A DNA stretch of 54,760 bases from an uncultured Clostridium sp. (GCA_947574235.1 CANPIU010000005.1:1-54760); one strand, 5' to 3'; shown: positions 1-10,997, counted from the stretch's first letter. A program made the numbers and translations. Notes: generated by a model from the letters alone, not told the origin.

Positions 1-146
1 GACAAAGAGGAACCAAAATGCATCCAGGAACAAATGTAGGAAAAGGTAGTGATGATACCTTGTATGCATTAATAGATGGAAATGTAAAATTTGAAAGAAA
101 AGGTAGGGATAAGAAACAAGTAAGTGTTTATCCTACAGAACAATAA
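1..146 (+). CDS. rpmA: 50S ribosomal protein L27 (3' part, 5' end outside window)
   Basis: Manual translation [47 protein letters not shown] matches the L27 C-terminal half; TAA at 144-146. Confidence 0.96.
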   Translation, partial: QRGTKMHPGTNVGKGSDDTLYALIDGNVKFERKGRDKKQVSVYPTEQ

Positions 147-151
147 AAATT

Positions 152-197
152 GAAGGAACTTTTCAGTGAGATAAATGAAAAGTTCCTTCTATTTTTA
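152..197. terminator. Likely bidirectional intrinsic terminator between convergent rpmA and radical SAM gene
   Basis: 14-bp perfect inverted repeat GAAGGAACTTTTCA-N10-TGAAAAGTTCCTTC with A-rich left and T-rich right flanks. Confidence 0.8.
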
Positions 198-1607
198 TTA
201 TTGTATCTTATTAATAATAGAAATGTCTTTTTCTAAAAACAGGGCTTGTTGCTCAATAGTATCTAATTCTTGTCCACAACATAAATTTGCTGTATTATGG
301 CTATTGTGAGCATTTAGGGAATTATGAATTTTTTTCTTGTATAGGTGTGCTATATTAATTGGCAGTGAACTAAGGGTTCTATCTATTTCATGTTGTAGAT
401 ACTGACTTAATTCTATTAAATCATTATCAGAAGGTACAAAGGAATAAAAACTTTTATGTGCTGGCTTAAAGGGAGAAAGAACTACATGGCAACCTAACGG
501 AATTAATTGTTGGATTGCTTTTTTTATGTTATCATTGGAATTTAAACCAACAATCAACGAGGTTCGTACATTATATTTTCCAAATACTTCTATTCCAGCC
601 TTAATAAAATCCATATAGCCATTATGTCCTATTTCAGATTTTGTTGTACCAATATTTAATTTTGTAGGACTAACCGAGCAAAATTTAGTTAAATCTTTTT
701 GTTCCCATAATTCCATGTTAGGAGAAATGGTAGTAGTGCCAATTGACTTTAAAAATTGTAAATATTTTAAATATTCTTCATATCTATTGCTATCATTGTA
801 TACATATTGATTGAAGCCTCTTGGGGTTAGCATGAGATCAATAGAGCCAGTAGGTGAAACTTTTTTGAAAGTGTGTATGCTTTCTTGTACGAATTCAGTC
901 CATGAATTCATGTCTGCTAAATTAGGATTACCACCTGTGATAAATAGGGTTTGAATTTTATTGGCTAGTGTTAATTTTCTTATTAAATGAGTAATCGATT
1001 TTTTTCTTTCAAGGGTAAGAGTATTGTCAATATAATTAATAGGGCCAGTACCAAAATCACAAAATTTGCAACCACTAATACAATTATTTCCACCTATACT
1101 AGTCCTTATTCGTATTCCTCCTGCTTGCAAGACAACAACTTCATCATCTGTATAGTTATCTTGTTTGAAAATACCACAATCGCTAAGCTTAATTGGATAT
1201 TTTTTATTTTGGATGACATATTGACCAGTGATAGACAAGCAGTTATCATTATCAACATTTAATATTAAATGTGTTTTATTTTTCCAAGTTTCTGTATGGA
1301 TAGAAGAAAGCTTTTTTAGAGTAGCTGTTGTATATTCTCTAACGCGTAAGTAATCCTCAAAAGATAGATTTTGAGGAAGAACAGAGAATAGGGTATCTTG
1401 ATTTTGGTGATTTTTAAGGATTTCAAATTCTTGTTTTGACAGGGTACCTCCTAGTTTAATAAAAATACCAGTAGTTGTTCTGTAACCAGTATATTGAGAA
1501 GACTTTAACATTTCAAATACTTCATCTGATACCAGAATTCCATTTGCATATAAGTTATTTTTTAAAAGGGAGGAAAGGGGTATATTTTCTATTTGTTTCA
1601 TTTGCAT
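198..1607 (-). CDS. Radical SAM protein, unknown substrate
   Basis: 469 aa ORF; CxxxCxxC motif (CISGCKFC), ITGGNP motif, SLIVGL strand; GGAG SD upstream. Confidence 0.8.
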   Translation of the reverse strand: MQMKQIENIPLSSLLKNNLYANGILVSDEVFEMLKSSQYTGYRTTTGIFIKLGGTLSKQEFEILKNHQNQDTLFSVLPQNLSFEDYLRVREYTTATLKKLSSIHTETWKNKTHLILNVDNDNCLSITGQYVIQNKKYPIKLSDCGIFKQDNYTDDEVVVLQAGGIRIRTSIGGNNCISGCKFCDFGTGPINYIDNTLTLERKKSITHLIRKLTLANKIQTLFITGGNPNLADMNSWTEFVQESIHTFKKVSPTGSIDLMLTPRGFNQYVYNDSNRYEEYLKYLQFLKSIGTTTISPNMELWEQKDLTKFCSVSPTKLNIGTTKSEIGHNGYMDFIKAGIEVFGKYNVRTSLIVGLNSNDNIKKAIQQLIPLGCHVVLSPFKPAHKSFYSFVPSDNDLIELSQYLQHEIDRTLSSLPINIAHLYKKKIHNSLNAHNSHNTANLCCGQELDTIEQQALFLEKDISIINKIQ

Positions 1608-1633
1608 TGTAAATTTCTCCTATTTTAATATTT

Positions 1634-2734
1634 TTATTCAGTATAGATATCAGTAGATAGATAACTTAAAGTTTCGCATTCAAAATGTTCAGAAAAACTA
1701 TCTAGTGTTTCTATAGGATTTGTATTAAATTTTTTATTTTCTATCCCATATTCATTGATATAGGTACGATAATTAACAGAAAAGTCTTTTAATAGAATTG
1801 GTTTATCATAAAAACAATTATAGTTTAGTTCTTGTAGTGATGGTAAATGATTTTCTTGTAAGGCTTTATTCAAAATAGTAGACGAGTTCTGAAATCTAGG
1901 ATTGATTTCCATAAAGTATACTTCATCTTCATATACGATACTATCAATCCCTAAAATGCCTCGATAGCCTTTTTTCTGCATTAATTCTCCAATTATAGTG
2001 GCATATTTTTTTAGTTTTGTATCGATTTGATTTGTAATAACCTTTTGATATTTAATAAAATCACTACCTTTATAGATTAATCGATTTTGTGACAATTCTA
2101 TATTTTGCATAGATGGAGGCATTAATATGATATCATTTTTAGAAATGAGAATATGGATATTAACAGGAATATTATTTTTACAATAACGTGTAATCATATA
2201 GGTTTGATTTTTATTTAGATTAATTTCATTTTTATTGGTTTCAGTCAAGACAGTAGTACCAAAACCTCCAGAACTTATATCTGTTTGTAAAACCAATTCG
2301 CAATTTCCCATATTTTGCTTTAGTTTTTCAAAAGAAAAATTAGTAGAGTTTGTGAGAATATATTTTAAAACAGGGATATAATCTTTTAAAAATTCTTTTA
2401 TTTTGAATTTATGATTAATAAATTCAATTAGTTCTTGGTTGTTTAAACATAATACATAATCTAATAATCCTAGTTCTTTTAGGCTATCATAACTAAAAAT
2501 TTGGCTATAATACATGAATTTTACATTGGGATTCTTTTCAATATTTTGAAGCAACTCTTTATTATAAAAATCAGCTATAAATTTAAAGTAAATTTCATTG
2601 TTATGATTAATATTCTTTTTTATTTGATTTCGTAGAGAGTTATGGTTGTTTCCAAATAGGCTAATAGCATCACTTATTAAATTACAATATTTTATTTCAG
2701 ATTCTCGTAACCCAACCCAAATTAAATCTTTAAT
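1634..2734 (-). CDS. ATP-grasp domain protein, probable ATT start
   Basis: SSGGFGT loop, GILGID and YFMEINPRFQNS ATP-grasp motifs. Frame is open 60 codons upstream of the TTG at 2554 up to an ATT at 2734 that lies 7 nt after AGGAGG; ~366 aa. Confidence 0.8.
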   Translation of the reverse strand: MKDLIWVGLRESEIKYCNLISDAISLFGNNHNSLRNQIKKNINHNNEIYFKFIADFYNKELLQNIEKNPNVKFMYYSQIFSYDSLKELGLLDYVLCLNNQELIEFINHKFKIKEFLKDYIPVLKYILTNSTNFSFEKLKQNMGNCELVLQTDISSGGFGTTVLTETNKNEINLNKNQTYMITRYCKNNIPVNIHILISKNDIILMPPSMQNIELSQNRLIYKGSDFIKYQKVITNQIDTKLKKYATIIGELMQKKGYRGILGIDSIVYEDEVYFMEINPRFQNSSTILNKALQENHLPSLQELNYNCFYDKPILLKDFSVNYRTYINEYGIENKKFNTNPIETLDSFSEHFECETLSYLSTDIYTE

Positions 2735-2777
2735 AGTACTTCCTCCTTTTGTAGGTTATGTTAATAGTATATCGATA

Positions 2778-2806
2778 AGTATAGCATAAATATTGAAAAA
2801 ATGCAA
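2778..2806 (-). promoter_or_regulatory. Putative sigma-A promoter for ATP-grasp/radical SAM operon
   Basis: Minus strand TTGCAT-17 nt-TATACT with TG extended -10. Confidence 0.55.
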
Positions 2807-2848
2807 TAATTATGCTAATTTAAGACAATATATTTTTTGTTTTTTCTA

Positions 2849-2877
2849 TTTACAAATGTAAAAAAATGTAGTATAAT
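2849..2877 (+). promoter_or_regulatory. Putative sigma-A promoter of guaB
   Basis: TTTACA-17 nt-TATAAT. Confidence 0.65.
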
Positions 2878-2948
2878 AGGAAAAATAAACCAAGGGAGAA
2901 GATGTAGAAACATCTTATTTTTGTATTAAAAGGGAGGAGAAAAAGAAA

Positions 2949-4454
2949 ATGGCAAAAATCGTAGGAGATATTTCAAGAACATTTAACGAGTACCTATTAT
3001 TACCAAATTTAACAGACGAAAGATGCATACCAAGTAATGTATCATTAAGAACACCATTAGTTAAATACAAAAAAGGAGAAGAAGCCAAATACCATGCCAA
3101 TGTACCAATGGTATCAGCCATTATGCAAGCTGTATCGGGAGAGCAAATGGGAATAGCCCTAGCAAGAGAAGGGGGAGTAGCCTTTATCTATGGCTCACAA
3201 TCTGTTGCATCACAAGCAGAAATGGTAAGGCACGTAAAAAAACATAAAGCAGGATTTGTGGTAAGTGACTCTAATGTAAAATCAGGAACCTTATTAAAAG
3301 AAGTGATTGACTTAGTACAAGAAACCGGTCACTCAACGGTAATTGTAACAGACGATGGAACGGCAAGAGGAAAATTTGTAGGATTAGTGACTGATAAAGA
3401 TTATAGAATTTCAAGAGATAGTTTTGAAGAACCAATTGATAAATTCATGACGCCAAAGGATAAAGTTGTATGGGCTCATGAGGGAATTAGTCTAGCAGAA
3501 GCCAATGATTTAATTTGGGATAAAAAAATTGCTTGTTTGCCAATATTAGATGATGAGGAAAGACTAAAATATTTAGTATTTAGAAGAGATTATGAAGAAA
3601 GAAAGAACAATCCAGACTCTTTACTAGATGAAAATAAAAGATATATCGTAGGTGCAGGAATTAATACAAGAGATTATGAAGAAAGAATACCAGCCCTAGT
3701 AGAAGCAGGTGTAGACTTAATTTGTATGGACTCATCTGACGGATACTCTATTTGGCAAAAAAATACCATTGACTTTGTAAGAGAAAAATATGGAGACGAC
3801 GTTAAAATTGGAGCAGGAAATGTAGTCGATAGAGAAGGATTTATGTACCTAGCCAAAGCAGGAGCAGATTTTATCAAAATCGGTGTAGGAGGAGGCTCTA
3901 TCTGTATCACACGTGAAACCAAAGGAATTGGTCGTGGAAATGCCTCTGCCTTAATCGACGTAGCAGCAGCACGTGATGAGTATTTTGAAGAAACAGGAGT
4001 GTATATTCCTTTATGTATTGATGGTGGAATTGTACACGATTACCATATTACAATAGCATTAGCCTTAGGAGCAGACTTTGTTATGATGGGTAGATATTTT
4101 GCAAGATTTGACGAAAGCCCAACAAGAGTAATCAAAAAAGGAAATGCATTTGTCAAAGAATATTGGGGAGAAGGTTCTAACAGAGCTAGAAATTGGCAAA
4201 GATATGATATGGGAGGTGCTAAAAAACTTTCTTTTGAAGAAGGAGTTGACTCTTATATTCCTTATGCTGGTAGCTTAAAAGACAATTTAGCCATTACCGT
4301 TGCCAAAATTAAATCTACTATGTGTAACTGTGGTTGTATTAGTATTCCAGAATTCCACGAAAAAGCAAGATTAACCCTTGTATCTGATATTAGTATTACC
4401 GAAGGTGGAGCACATGACGTTATCTTAAAAGAAATTGATAATCAATATAAATAA
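2949..4454 (+). CDS. guaB: Inosine-5'-monophosphate dehydrogenase (with CBS domains)
   Basis: 501 aa; [13 protein letters not shown] catalytic Cys motif, DGGI, MMGRYFA, EEGV; GGAGG SD. Confidence 0.95.
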   Translation: MAKIVGDISRTFNEYLLLPNLTDERCIPSNVSLRTPLVKYKKGEEAKYHANVPMVSAIMQAVSGEQMGIALAREGGVAFIYGSQSVASQAEMVRHVKKHKAGFVVSDSNVKSGTLLKEVIDLVQETGHSTVIVTDDGTARGKFVGLVTDKDYRISRDSFEEPIDKFMTPKDKVVWAHEGISLAEANDLIWDKKIACLPILDDEERLKYLVFRRDYEERKNNPDSLLDENKRYIVGAGINTRDYEERIPALVEAGVDLICMDSSDGYSIWQKNTIDFVREKYGDDVKIGAGNVVDREGFMYLAKAGADFIKIGVGGGSICITRETKGIGRGNASALIDVAAARDEYFEETGVYIPLCIDGGIVHDYHITIALALGADFVMMGRYFARFDESPTRVIKKGNAFVKEYWGEGSNRARNWQRYDMGGAKKLSFEEGVDSYIPYAGSLKDNLAITVAKIKSTMCNCGCISIPEFHEKARLTLVSDISITEGGAHDVILKEIDNQYK

Positions 4455-4459
4455 AGAAG

Positions 4460-4495
4460 AAACTCACAATAAAAAGGTTGTGAGTTTTATTTTAT
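4460..4495 (+). terminator. Intrinsic terminator after guaB
   Basis: AAACTCACAA-loop-TTGTGAGTTT hairpin followed by T-rich tract. Confidence 0.75.
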
Positions 4496-4565
4496 TAGGT
4501 AGGCTTGATTATTGAAAAGATACGTGATAAAATCAAACTTGATAACAAAAAAAGGACGAAAAGAA

Positions 4566-5645
4566 ATGAAAAAATTATTATTTGCAGCCTATTCCTTAGA
4601 CATAGGAGGAATTGAAACAGCCCTAGTAACTTTAGTTAATCAATTGGAAGAAAAAAACTATGATATTACGATGGTATTAGAAAAAAAACAAGGGATTTTT
4701 TTACAAGAATTAAATCCTAACATTAAAATCATAGAATATACGCCCAATGATAGTAAAAATCTAATCAAAAGAAAAGCGATAAACTTAATAAAAAGAATTA
4801 AATTTATCATAAAATATAAAAACAAGTTTGACTTTGCAGCCTCTTTTGCAACCTATTCGAATAGTAGTTCTTTCGTCGCAAGAACAGCTTCTAAAAATAG
4901 CTGCTTATGGGGTCATGCTGACTACTTAACACTATTTAACCAGAAAGAAAAAGAAGTAAGAAAGTTTTTTGAAGAGAAAAAATGCCATCAATTCAAAAAT
5001 ATTATTTTTGTATCCAAGGAAGGAAAAGAAAGCTTCTTAAAAGTCTTTCCAGAATTAGAAGAAAAGACAAGGGTATGTAACAATTTAATTAACGAAGAAA
5101 AAATAAGCAAAATGGCAGAAGAAACCATAGAATTAAAAAAGGACGAAGAAAAATTTACCTTTATTAATGTAGGAAGACATGATGAAAAGCAAAAAAAATT
5201 AACTAGAATTATAGCAGCAGCTAAAAGATTAAAACAAGAAAATAAAGCTTTTAAAATCTTGTTAGTTGGTGATGGACAAGATAGCAAAATGTATCAAGAA
5301 TTGGTAAAAAAAGAAAACTTAACAGACATCATTTCCTTTTTAGGGAAAAAACAAAATCCATACCCTTACTTTAAAATAGCAGATTGTGTTATCTTAAGTT
5401 CCGATTATGAGGGCTATCCAGTGGTATTTTTAGAAAGCTTTATCTTAAATCGACCTATTATAACCACAAAAGTATCTGATTATGAAGAAGTAGAACAGGG
5501 ATATGGGTTAGTTGCTGAAAAAACAGAAGAAGATATCTACCAAAAAATGAAACAAATGTTAGAAAAGGGATTTACCCTAGAAAAAAAATTCAATAGTAAA
5601 ATGTATAACCAACAAATCCTAGAAAACTTAGAAAAAATCTTTTAA
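4566..5645 (+). CDS. GT4-family (GT-B) glycosyltransferase
   Basis: MKKLLF...GGIE N-terminus, NVGR, YEGYPVVFLE (Ex7E); start moved to ATG 4566 since TTGATT-17-TAAAAT promoter-like site lies at ~4505-4533. Confidence 0.85.
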   Translation: MKKLLFAAYSLDIGGIETALVTLVNQLEEKNYDITMVLEKKQGIFLQELNPNIKIIEYTPNDSKNLIKRKAINLIKRIKFIIKYKNKFDFAASFATYSNSSSFVARTASKNSCLWGHADYLTLFNQKEKEVRKFFEEKKCHQFKNIIFVSKEGKESFLKVFPELEEKTRVCNNLINEEKISKMAEETIELKKDEEKFTFINVGRHDEKQKKLTRIIAAAKRLKQENKAFKILLVGDGQDSKMYQELVKKENLTDIISFLGKKQNPYPYFKIADCVILSSDYEGYPVVFLESFILNRPIITTKVSDYEEVEQGYGLVAEKTEEDIYQKMKQMLEKGFTLEKKFNSKMYNQQILENLEKIF

Positions 5646-5657
5646 AAAGGAGGCAAA

Positions 5658-6611
5658 ATGGCAAATTTAAGTATTATTGTACCAGTCTACAATACTGGAA
5701 AATACATAGAAAAATGTTTAAATTCTATTAAAGAGCAAACGAGAAAAGAAACCATAGAAATCCTTATTATAAACGATGGTTCAACCGATAATTCAGCCCA
5801 GATAATAAAAGACTATATTAAGAAACAACCAGAACAAAGTGATATTCAATATTTTGAAAAAGAAAATGAAGGAATTGCTAAAACCAGAAACTTTGGTATC
5901 CAAAAAGCAACCTCTCCTTATATCCTATTTTTAGACTCTGATGATTACCTAGATAGCCAATTAGTAGAAAAAATAAAACCTTATATGGATAGACAAATTG
6001 ACGTAATCAAATTTAAACTCAAACGAGTTGACCAAAATAAAGAGGTATTAGAAAAAGTAGAGGGACCAGTCTTTGGAGAAATGACAGGAGAAGAGGCTTT
6101 TCACAAACTGTATTGTGAAGATATCTTACTAGATTCTCCTTGTGTATATGTATTCAAAAAAGAATTATTCACAAAGAATAGCCTGTCTTTCCAACGAACC
6201 TATCACGAGGACTTTGGCTTAATTCCTATTCTTTTGTTAACGGCAAGAAGTGTAGTGTCTATACAAGATTATTTATACAATTATGTGCAAGTAGAAAACA
6301 GTATTACTAGAAATAATGATTACCAAAAAACACTTCAAAAAATGGATGACTGTTTAGCACATTACGATACTATGGTGGAAACCATTGAAAAGTTAAACTT
6401 AAGCAAGAAAGCCAAAGAAGACATTAAAATCTATTACACCAATGGAATTTTGTTAAAACTAAAAGAATTGAAAGAAACCGATAAAGATAACTATATTCGA
6501 GAAATGAAAAAAAGGAAATTTAGAAAAAATATTAAAGTTAGAAATGTAAAACAATTATTCAAAAAGATACTATTGTTAATCAATGTAAAATTATATTTGA
6601 AAATGAGGTAG
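5658..6611 (+). CDS. GT2-family glycosyltransferase
   Basis: SIIVPVYN, NDGSTD, FLDSDD, HED motifs. Confidence 0.9.
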   Translation: MANLSIIVPVYNTGKYIEKCLNSIKEQTRKETIEILIINDGSTDNSAQIIKDYIKKQPEQSDIQYFEKENEGIAKTRNFGIQKATSPYILFLDSDDYLDSQLVEKIKPYMDRQIDVIKFKLKRVDQNKEVLEKVEGPVFGEMTGEEAFHKLYCEDILLDSPCVYVFKKELFTKNSLSFQRTYHEDFGLIPILLLTARSVVSIQDYLYNYVQVENSITRNNDYQKTLQKMDDCLAHYDTMVETIEKLNLSKKAKEDIKIYYTNGILLKLKELKETDKDNYIREMKKRKFRKNIKVRNVKQLFKKILLLINVKLYLKMR

Positions 6612-6615
6612 AAAA

Positions 6616-7572
6616 ATGCCAAAGGTAAGTATTATTGTACCAGTTTATAATGTAGAAAAATATGTAGAGAAATGCTTGAAAAGTTTACTTGAGCAAACTT
6701 TAGAAGACATAGAAATAATCGTTGTAAATGATGGTTCAACCGATAACTCAAAAGAAATTATACAAAAAATAGTGAAACAATTTCCCGATAAAATGGTATA
6801 TAAAGAGAAGGAAAATGGGGGACTATCCGATGCTAGAAATTATGGGATAAATTATGCTAAAGGAGAATACATTGCCTTTTTTGATTCCGATGATTATGTT
6901 GAAAAAGATATGTACCAAAAAATGTATGAATTAGCGAAAAAAGAAGAAAGTGACATGGTAGAGTGCGACTTTTTTTGGGAATATCCAGACCATGAAAAGA
7001 AAGACATAGGAAAAATGTATCAAGGGAAAAAAGAAATGCTAGAAAAAGTAAGAGTAATGGCGTGCAATAAACTAATCAAAAGAGAAATTTTAGAAAAGAC
7101 AAACATAAGATTTCCCAAAGGACTTCGCTATGAAGACGTCGAATTTACCTATAAATTAGTTCCCTATTTAGAAAAAGTGTCATTACTACAAGAGCCATGT
7201 TTTCATTATGTACAAAGAGAAAATTCTATTTCTAATTTACAAAATGAAAGAACAAGGGAAATTTTCCAAGTGCTAGATAATGTTCTTGCGTATTATCAGC
7301 AAGAAGGATTTTATGCTGAGTATGAAACAGAGTTAGAATATATCTATGCAAGATATGCCTTTTGTAGTTCTTTTCTTAGGATGGTAAAAATCCAAGATAA
7401 AAAACTAAGAAAAGAACTATTGAGGAAGACATGGGAAAAAGTAAAGGAAAAATTCCCAAACTGGAAAAAAAATAACATTTTAAAAAGTCAAAAAAGTCTA
7501 AAAAACATTTATATGAGAACTTTAAACAAAGTAACCTTTAAACTATATAGCCAAATATTTAGAATTTTTTAG
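6616..7572 (+). CDS. GT2-family glycosyltransferase
   Basis: SIIVPVYN, NDGSTD, GGLSDARN, FDSDD, YED motifs. Confidence 0.9.
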   Translation: MPKVSIIVPVYNVEKYVEKCLKSLLEQTLEDIEIIVVNDGSTDNSKEIIQKIVKQFPDKMVYKEKENGGLSDARNYGINYAKGEYIAFFDSDDYVEKDMYQKMYELAKKEESDMVECDFFWEYPDHEKKDIGKMYQGKKEMLEKVRVMACNKLIKREILEKTNIRFPKGLRYEDVEFTYKLVPYLEKVSLLQEPCFHYVQRENSISNLQNERTREIFQVLDNVLAYYQQEGFYAEYETELEYIYARYAFCSSFLRMVKIQDKKLRKELLRKTWEKVKEKFPNWKKNNILKSQKSLKNIYMRTLNKVTFKLYSQIFRIF

Positions 7573-7591
7573 AGGAGAAAGAAACGAAAAA

Positions 7592-9007
7592 ATGAAGAAA
7601 AAAAGAGAAGAAAATATATTGTGTTTATTGATTATCCTATGTCCTATTTTAGATATAACCAGTTTCTTATTTAGAAATGTTTTTAACACCAATTTTTCGC
7701 CATCTACTTTTTTAAGACCAATCATACCGACTGTGGTTCTTTTGTATTTATTTTTTACAAAAGATAAAAAATTTAAAATGCTTACGATTGGTTTTGGCAT
7801 GTTATATGGCATTTATGCGATAGGGCATTTATATGCTTATGCTAAGATAACAACGGGAAGTAGTTATAGTGGTGTGGTGCAAGAAGCCCAATACTTGATT
7901 AATTATACTTATATGATAATGAATTTATGGATTTATATAACCGTATTTAAAGAGACGAATAACATAGAAAAATTATCGAAAAGTGTATTATTCGCTAATG
8001 TGATTTATATCGTGTCTATTCTAGTATCGATTTTAACGAAAACTTCTTCTAGTACGTATGTAGAAGGGATGGGCTATAAAGGATGGTTTGAGTCTGGAAA
8101 CAGTTTAGGAGCTATCTTGATATTGTCTTTATTTATTATCTTAAAATATATTAAAGACAAAAAATATAGAAAAATAGCAATTCCTACTATTTTGGCAGAA
8201 GGCATTTTCTTAACTATGTTGTTAGGAACAAGAGTAGGTCTTTTTGGTTTTATCCTAACCCTTGTTATTTATCTAGTAGTAGAAGTAATCATTACCTTAA
8301 AACAAAAAGAGAAAATTAATAAAAAGATGATAGCTGGTGGAATAGCAAGTATTGCTATGATTACTTTAGTCGTTATTACCATAGGTTCTACCACGATGCA
8401 AAGAAGGAAGCATTTAAAAGACATTGAAAAAGACATTGTTGACACTTCTCAAAATCAAGAAGCACACGTAACAGGAGATATCTTAAAAGTCAAAGAGATG
8501 ATAGAAAACAATACTTTGCCAGAAGGCTATATGGGAGAGGCAGAAAAACAATCCATACTTGAATTGTATGAAATAGCCAACCAAATGAAAATTACGAACA
8601 ATGATAGACGTATGCAACAATTAATTTATAATATGGTCTTAATTAAAAATCAAGACAATCCGTTTTATCTATTGGTAGGAAATGGCCATTTATCTAATTT
8701 TAGAGAGTTAATCTTAGAAATGGAGATACCATCGTTTTTATTAGATTTTGGTATGATGGGATTTGTTCTATATTGGATGCCTTTTGCTAGTTTATTTGTA
8801 TATGGACTTTATTTTTCGATTAAAAATAGAGGTAAAATAGATACAGAATTATTAATGTACTTGCTAGGAAGCGGATTTGTTTTTGCGATATCTTTTTTGG
8901 CTGGCTATACTTTTTTTAATTCTTCGAATATGATGATAATTATTGTGCTAAATACGTTAATGTTTCAGAAAATAAATAGACGAAAGAAGGAAGAGGAGGC
9001 AAAATGA
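7592..9007 (+). CDS. Polytopic membrane protein, Wzy polymerase / O-antigen ligase-like
   Basis: ~11-12 hydrophobic segments, GWFESGN and LGTRVG motifs, large late extracytoplasmic loop; glycan locus context. Confidence 0.6.
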   Translation: MKKKREENILCLLIILCPILDITSFLFRNVFNTNFSPSTFLRPIIPTVVLLYLFFTKDKKFKMLTIGFGMLYGIYAIGHLYAYAKITTGSSYSGVVQEAQYLINYTYMIMNLWIYITVFKETNNIEKLSKSVLFANVIYIVSILVSILTKTSSSTYVEGMGYKGWFESGNSLGAILILSLFIILKYIKDKKYRKIAIPTILAEGIFLTMLLGTRVGLFGFILTLVIYLVVEVIITLKQKEKINKKMIAGGIASIAMITLVVITIGSTTMQRRKHLKDIEKDIVDTSQNQEAHVTGDILKVKEMIENNTLPEGYMGEAEKQSILELYEIANQMKITNNDRRMQQLIYNMVLIKNQDNPFYLLVGNGHLSNFRELILEMEIPSFLLDFGMMGFVLYWMPFASLFVYGLYFSIKNRGKIDTELLMYLLGSGFVFAISFLAGYTFFNSSNMMIIIVLNTLMFQKINRRKKEEEAK

Positions 9008-10119
9008 AAAAGATTTTATTTGGAATTACAAATTTAAGCTTTGGCGGAGCAGAAAGAGTATTAATTGATTTAGCCAATTGCTTAAGTGAAACTTATGAGA
9101 TTACGATTTTTACGATTTATGGGAAAGGGGAATTAGAACCACAATTATCTTCTAACGTAACGTTAAAAAGTTTATATGATAAATCTTATTTAGAGCTATC
9201 AAAATTTCAAAGATATGTTACTATGCCACTGAAAATATTGCTTTTTAACCGAAGGATTTATCGCCAAAAAATACGAAGCGATTATGATATCGAAATAGCC
9301 TTTTTAGAAGGACCTGTTACTAGATTATTGAGTACGAAAAATACTAAAACGAGAAAATTGGCTTGGGTGCATAATGATATGAGCCTTGTTTTTGGACAAG
9401 GGATAAAGGCCAAAATAAAGAGATGGATAGATAAAAAAGTCTATAGTCAATATGAAAAATTAATTTTTGTAAGTTATGATAATTTAGAAAAGTTTAAGCA
9501 ACTTTATCCAACGTTAAAAAAGGAAAAAGGAGTAATTTATAATTACATTGATAAGGATAGAGTAATAGAAAAGGCAAAAGAAGAGGTAGAAGAAAAGTTT
9601 GATGAAAAGATAACGAATTTTGTAACAGTAGCTCGATTAGTAGAACAAAAGGGAATTGATAGATTAATTGAAGTTCATAAACGATTACTACAAGAAGGCT
9701 TGTTTCACAATTTTTATGTAGTAGGAGATGGACCATTAAAAGAAAAACTAGAAGCATTAATCCAAAAAGAACAAGTAGAAGAAAGTTTTAAGTTGTTAGG
9801 AAAAAAGGAAAATCCATATCCCTATGTAAAAAAAGCAGATTATTTTGCATTATTGTCTTGGTATGAAGGCTATCCAATGGTGTTGTTAGAGGCACAAATT
9901 TTGCAAAAAAATATTATCATTACGAATACAGCAGCAAGAGAAACCTTGCAAAATTATAAAAATTATGCAATAGCTGAAAATTCACAAGAAGGAATTTTAG
10001 AGACATTAAGAAAGATTTTAAGAAATCAATCCGAAGAAAAAGAGGTAGATGAAGAATATCAAAATCAGGATATTTTAGAAAAAATTAAAAAATTAATAGA
10101 AATTGAGGAAAGAAAATGA
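9004..10119 (+). CDS. GT4-family glycosyltransferase
   Basis: GGAER, VARLVEQKG, YEGYPMVLLEA. Confidence 0.88.
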   Translation: MKKILFGITNLSFGGAERVLIDLANCLSETYEITIFTIYGKGELEPQLSSNVTLKSLYDKSYLELSKFQRYVTMPLKILLFNRRIYRQKIRSDYDIEIAFLEGPVTRLLSTKNTKTRKLAWVHNDMSLVFGQGIKAKIKRWIDKKVYSQYEKLIFVSYDNLEKFKQLYPTLKKEKGVIYNYIDKDRVIEKAKEEVEEKFDEKITNFVTVARLVEQKGIDRLIEVHKRLLQEGLFHNFYVVGDGPLKEKLEALIQKEQVEESFKLLGKKENPYPYVKKADYFALLSWYEGYPMVLLEAQILQKNIIITNTAARETLQNYKNYAIAENSQEGILETLRKILRNQSEEKEVDEEYQNQDILEKIKKLIEIEERK

Positions 10120-10997
10120 AAATATCAATCGTAACACCAACTTATAATAGAGAAGCTTTACTACCAAGACTTTATGATAGTATCGTAGATAATAGCCATG
10201 ATGAAATTAAAATCGAGTGGCTAATTATGGATGATGGCTCAACCGATAATACCAAAGTTTTAATTGATACATGGAGAGAAGAAAACAAAATCGAAATGAA
10301 GTATTTTTTTCAAGAAAATCAAGGAAAAATGGCAGCGATTAATCATATCATAAAAGAGACGACAGGAGATTTAATCGTAGAATGCGATTCCGATGATTAT
10401 TTTTCAAAAAATGCTTTTGAAATTATCCAAAGAACTTGGGAAGAAAACAAAGAGGTAAAAGACTGTTATGCTATGTGCTTTTTAAAATACAATCAAGACA
10501 ATCAAAATATGGGAAATGCTTTTAAAAAGAAGAAAACAACTATGTTTGATTTGTATTTTAAAGAAGGAGAAAATGGTGAAAAGGCACTAGTGTTTTTTGG
10601 TTCTATTCGAAAAAGATATTGTTATGAATTACAGAAAAAAGAAAAATTTGTGACAGAAGCTAGCATGTATTACAAAATGGATTTAACTTATCAAATACTA
10701 TGTATTAATGAGCCAATTATGATTTGTGAATATCAAGAAGAAGGGTATAGTAACCATATTGAAAAACAGTTTAAAGAAAATCCCTATGGCTATTATGAGT
10801 ATTTTAAGGAGATTTTGAAGAGGGACTTTAAAGGTGTGAAGTTTTCTAAAAGATTATATGTGATAAAGCATTATATTTTGTTTGGTTATTTAACGAAGCA
10901 ATATCAAAGTAAGCCGATTAAAAATTGGCTAAATAAGGTTTTATACTATATTTTGTTGGTGCCAGGTTTGGTAAAGAGTAGCCTTTGGGCGAAATAA
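10116..10997 (+). CDS. GT2-family glycosyltransferase
   Basis: TPTYNR, DDGSTD, ENQGK, CDSDD. Confidence 0.88.
   Translation: MKISIVTPTYNREALLPRLYDSIVDNSHDEIKIEWLIMDDGSTDNTKVLIDTWREENKIEMKYFFQENQGKMAAINHIIKETTGDLIVECDSDDYFSKNAFEIIQRTWEENKEVKDCYAMCFLKYNQDNQNMGNAFKKKKTTMFDLYFKEGENGEKALVFFGSIRKRYCYELQKKEKFVTEASMYYKMDLTYQILCINEPIMICEYQEEGYSNHIEKQFKENPYGYYEYFKEILKRDFKGVKFSKRLYVIKHYILFGYLTKQYQSKPIKNWLNKVLYYILLVPGLVKSSLWAK

Noticed and set aside
2555-2575. Possible frameshift upstream of the ATP-grasp ORF
   Set aside because: On recount the upstream region is in the same frame; the short call reflects a non-canonical start
2878-2948. Purine riboswitch before guaB
   Set aside because: Leader is ~65 nt and lacks the aptamer consensus and a terminator
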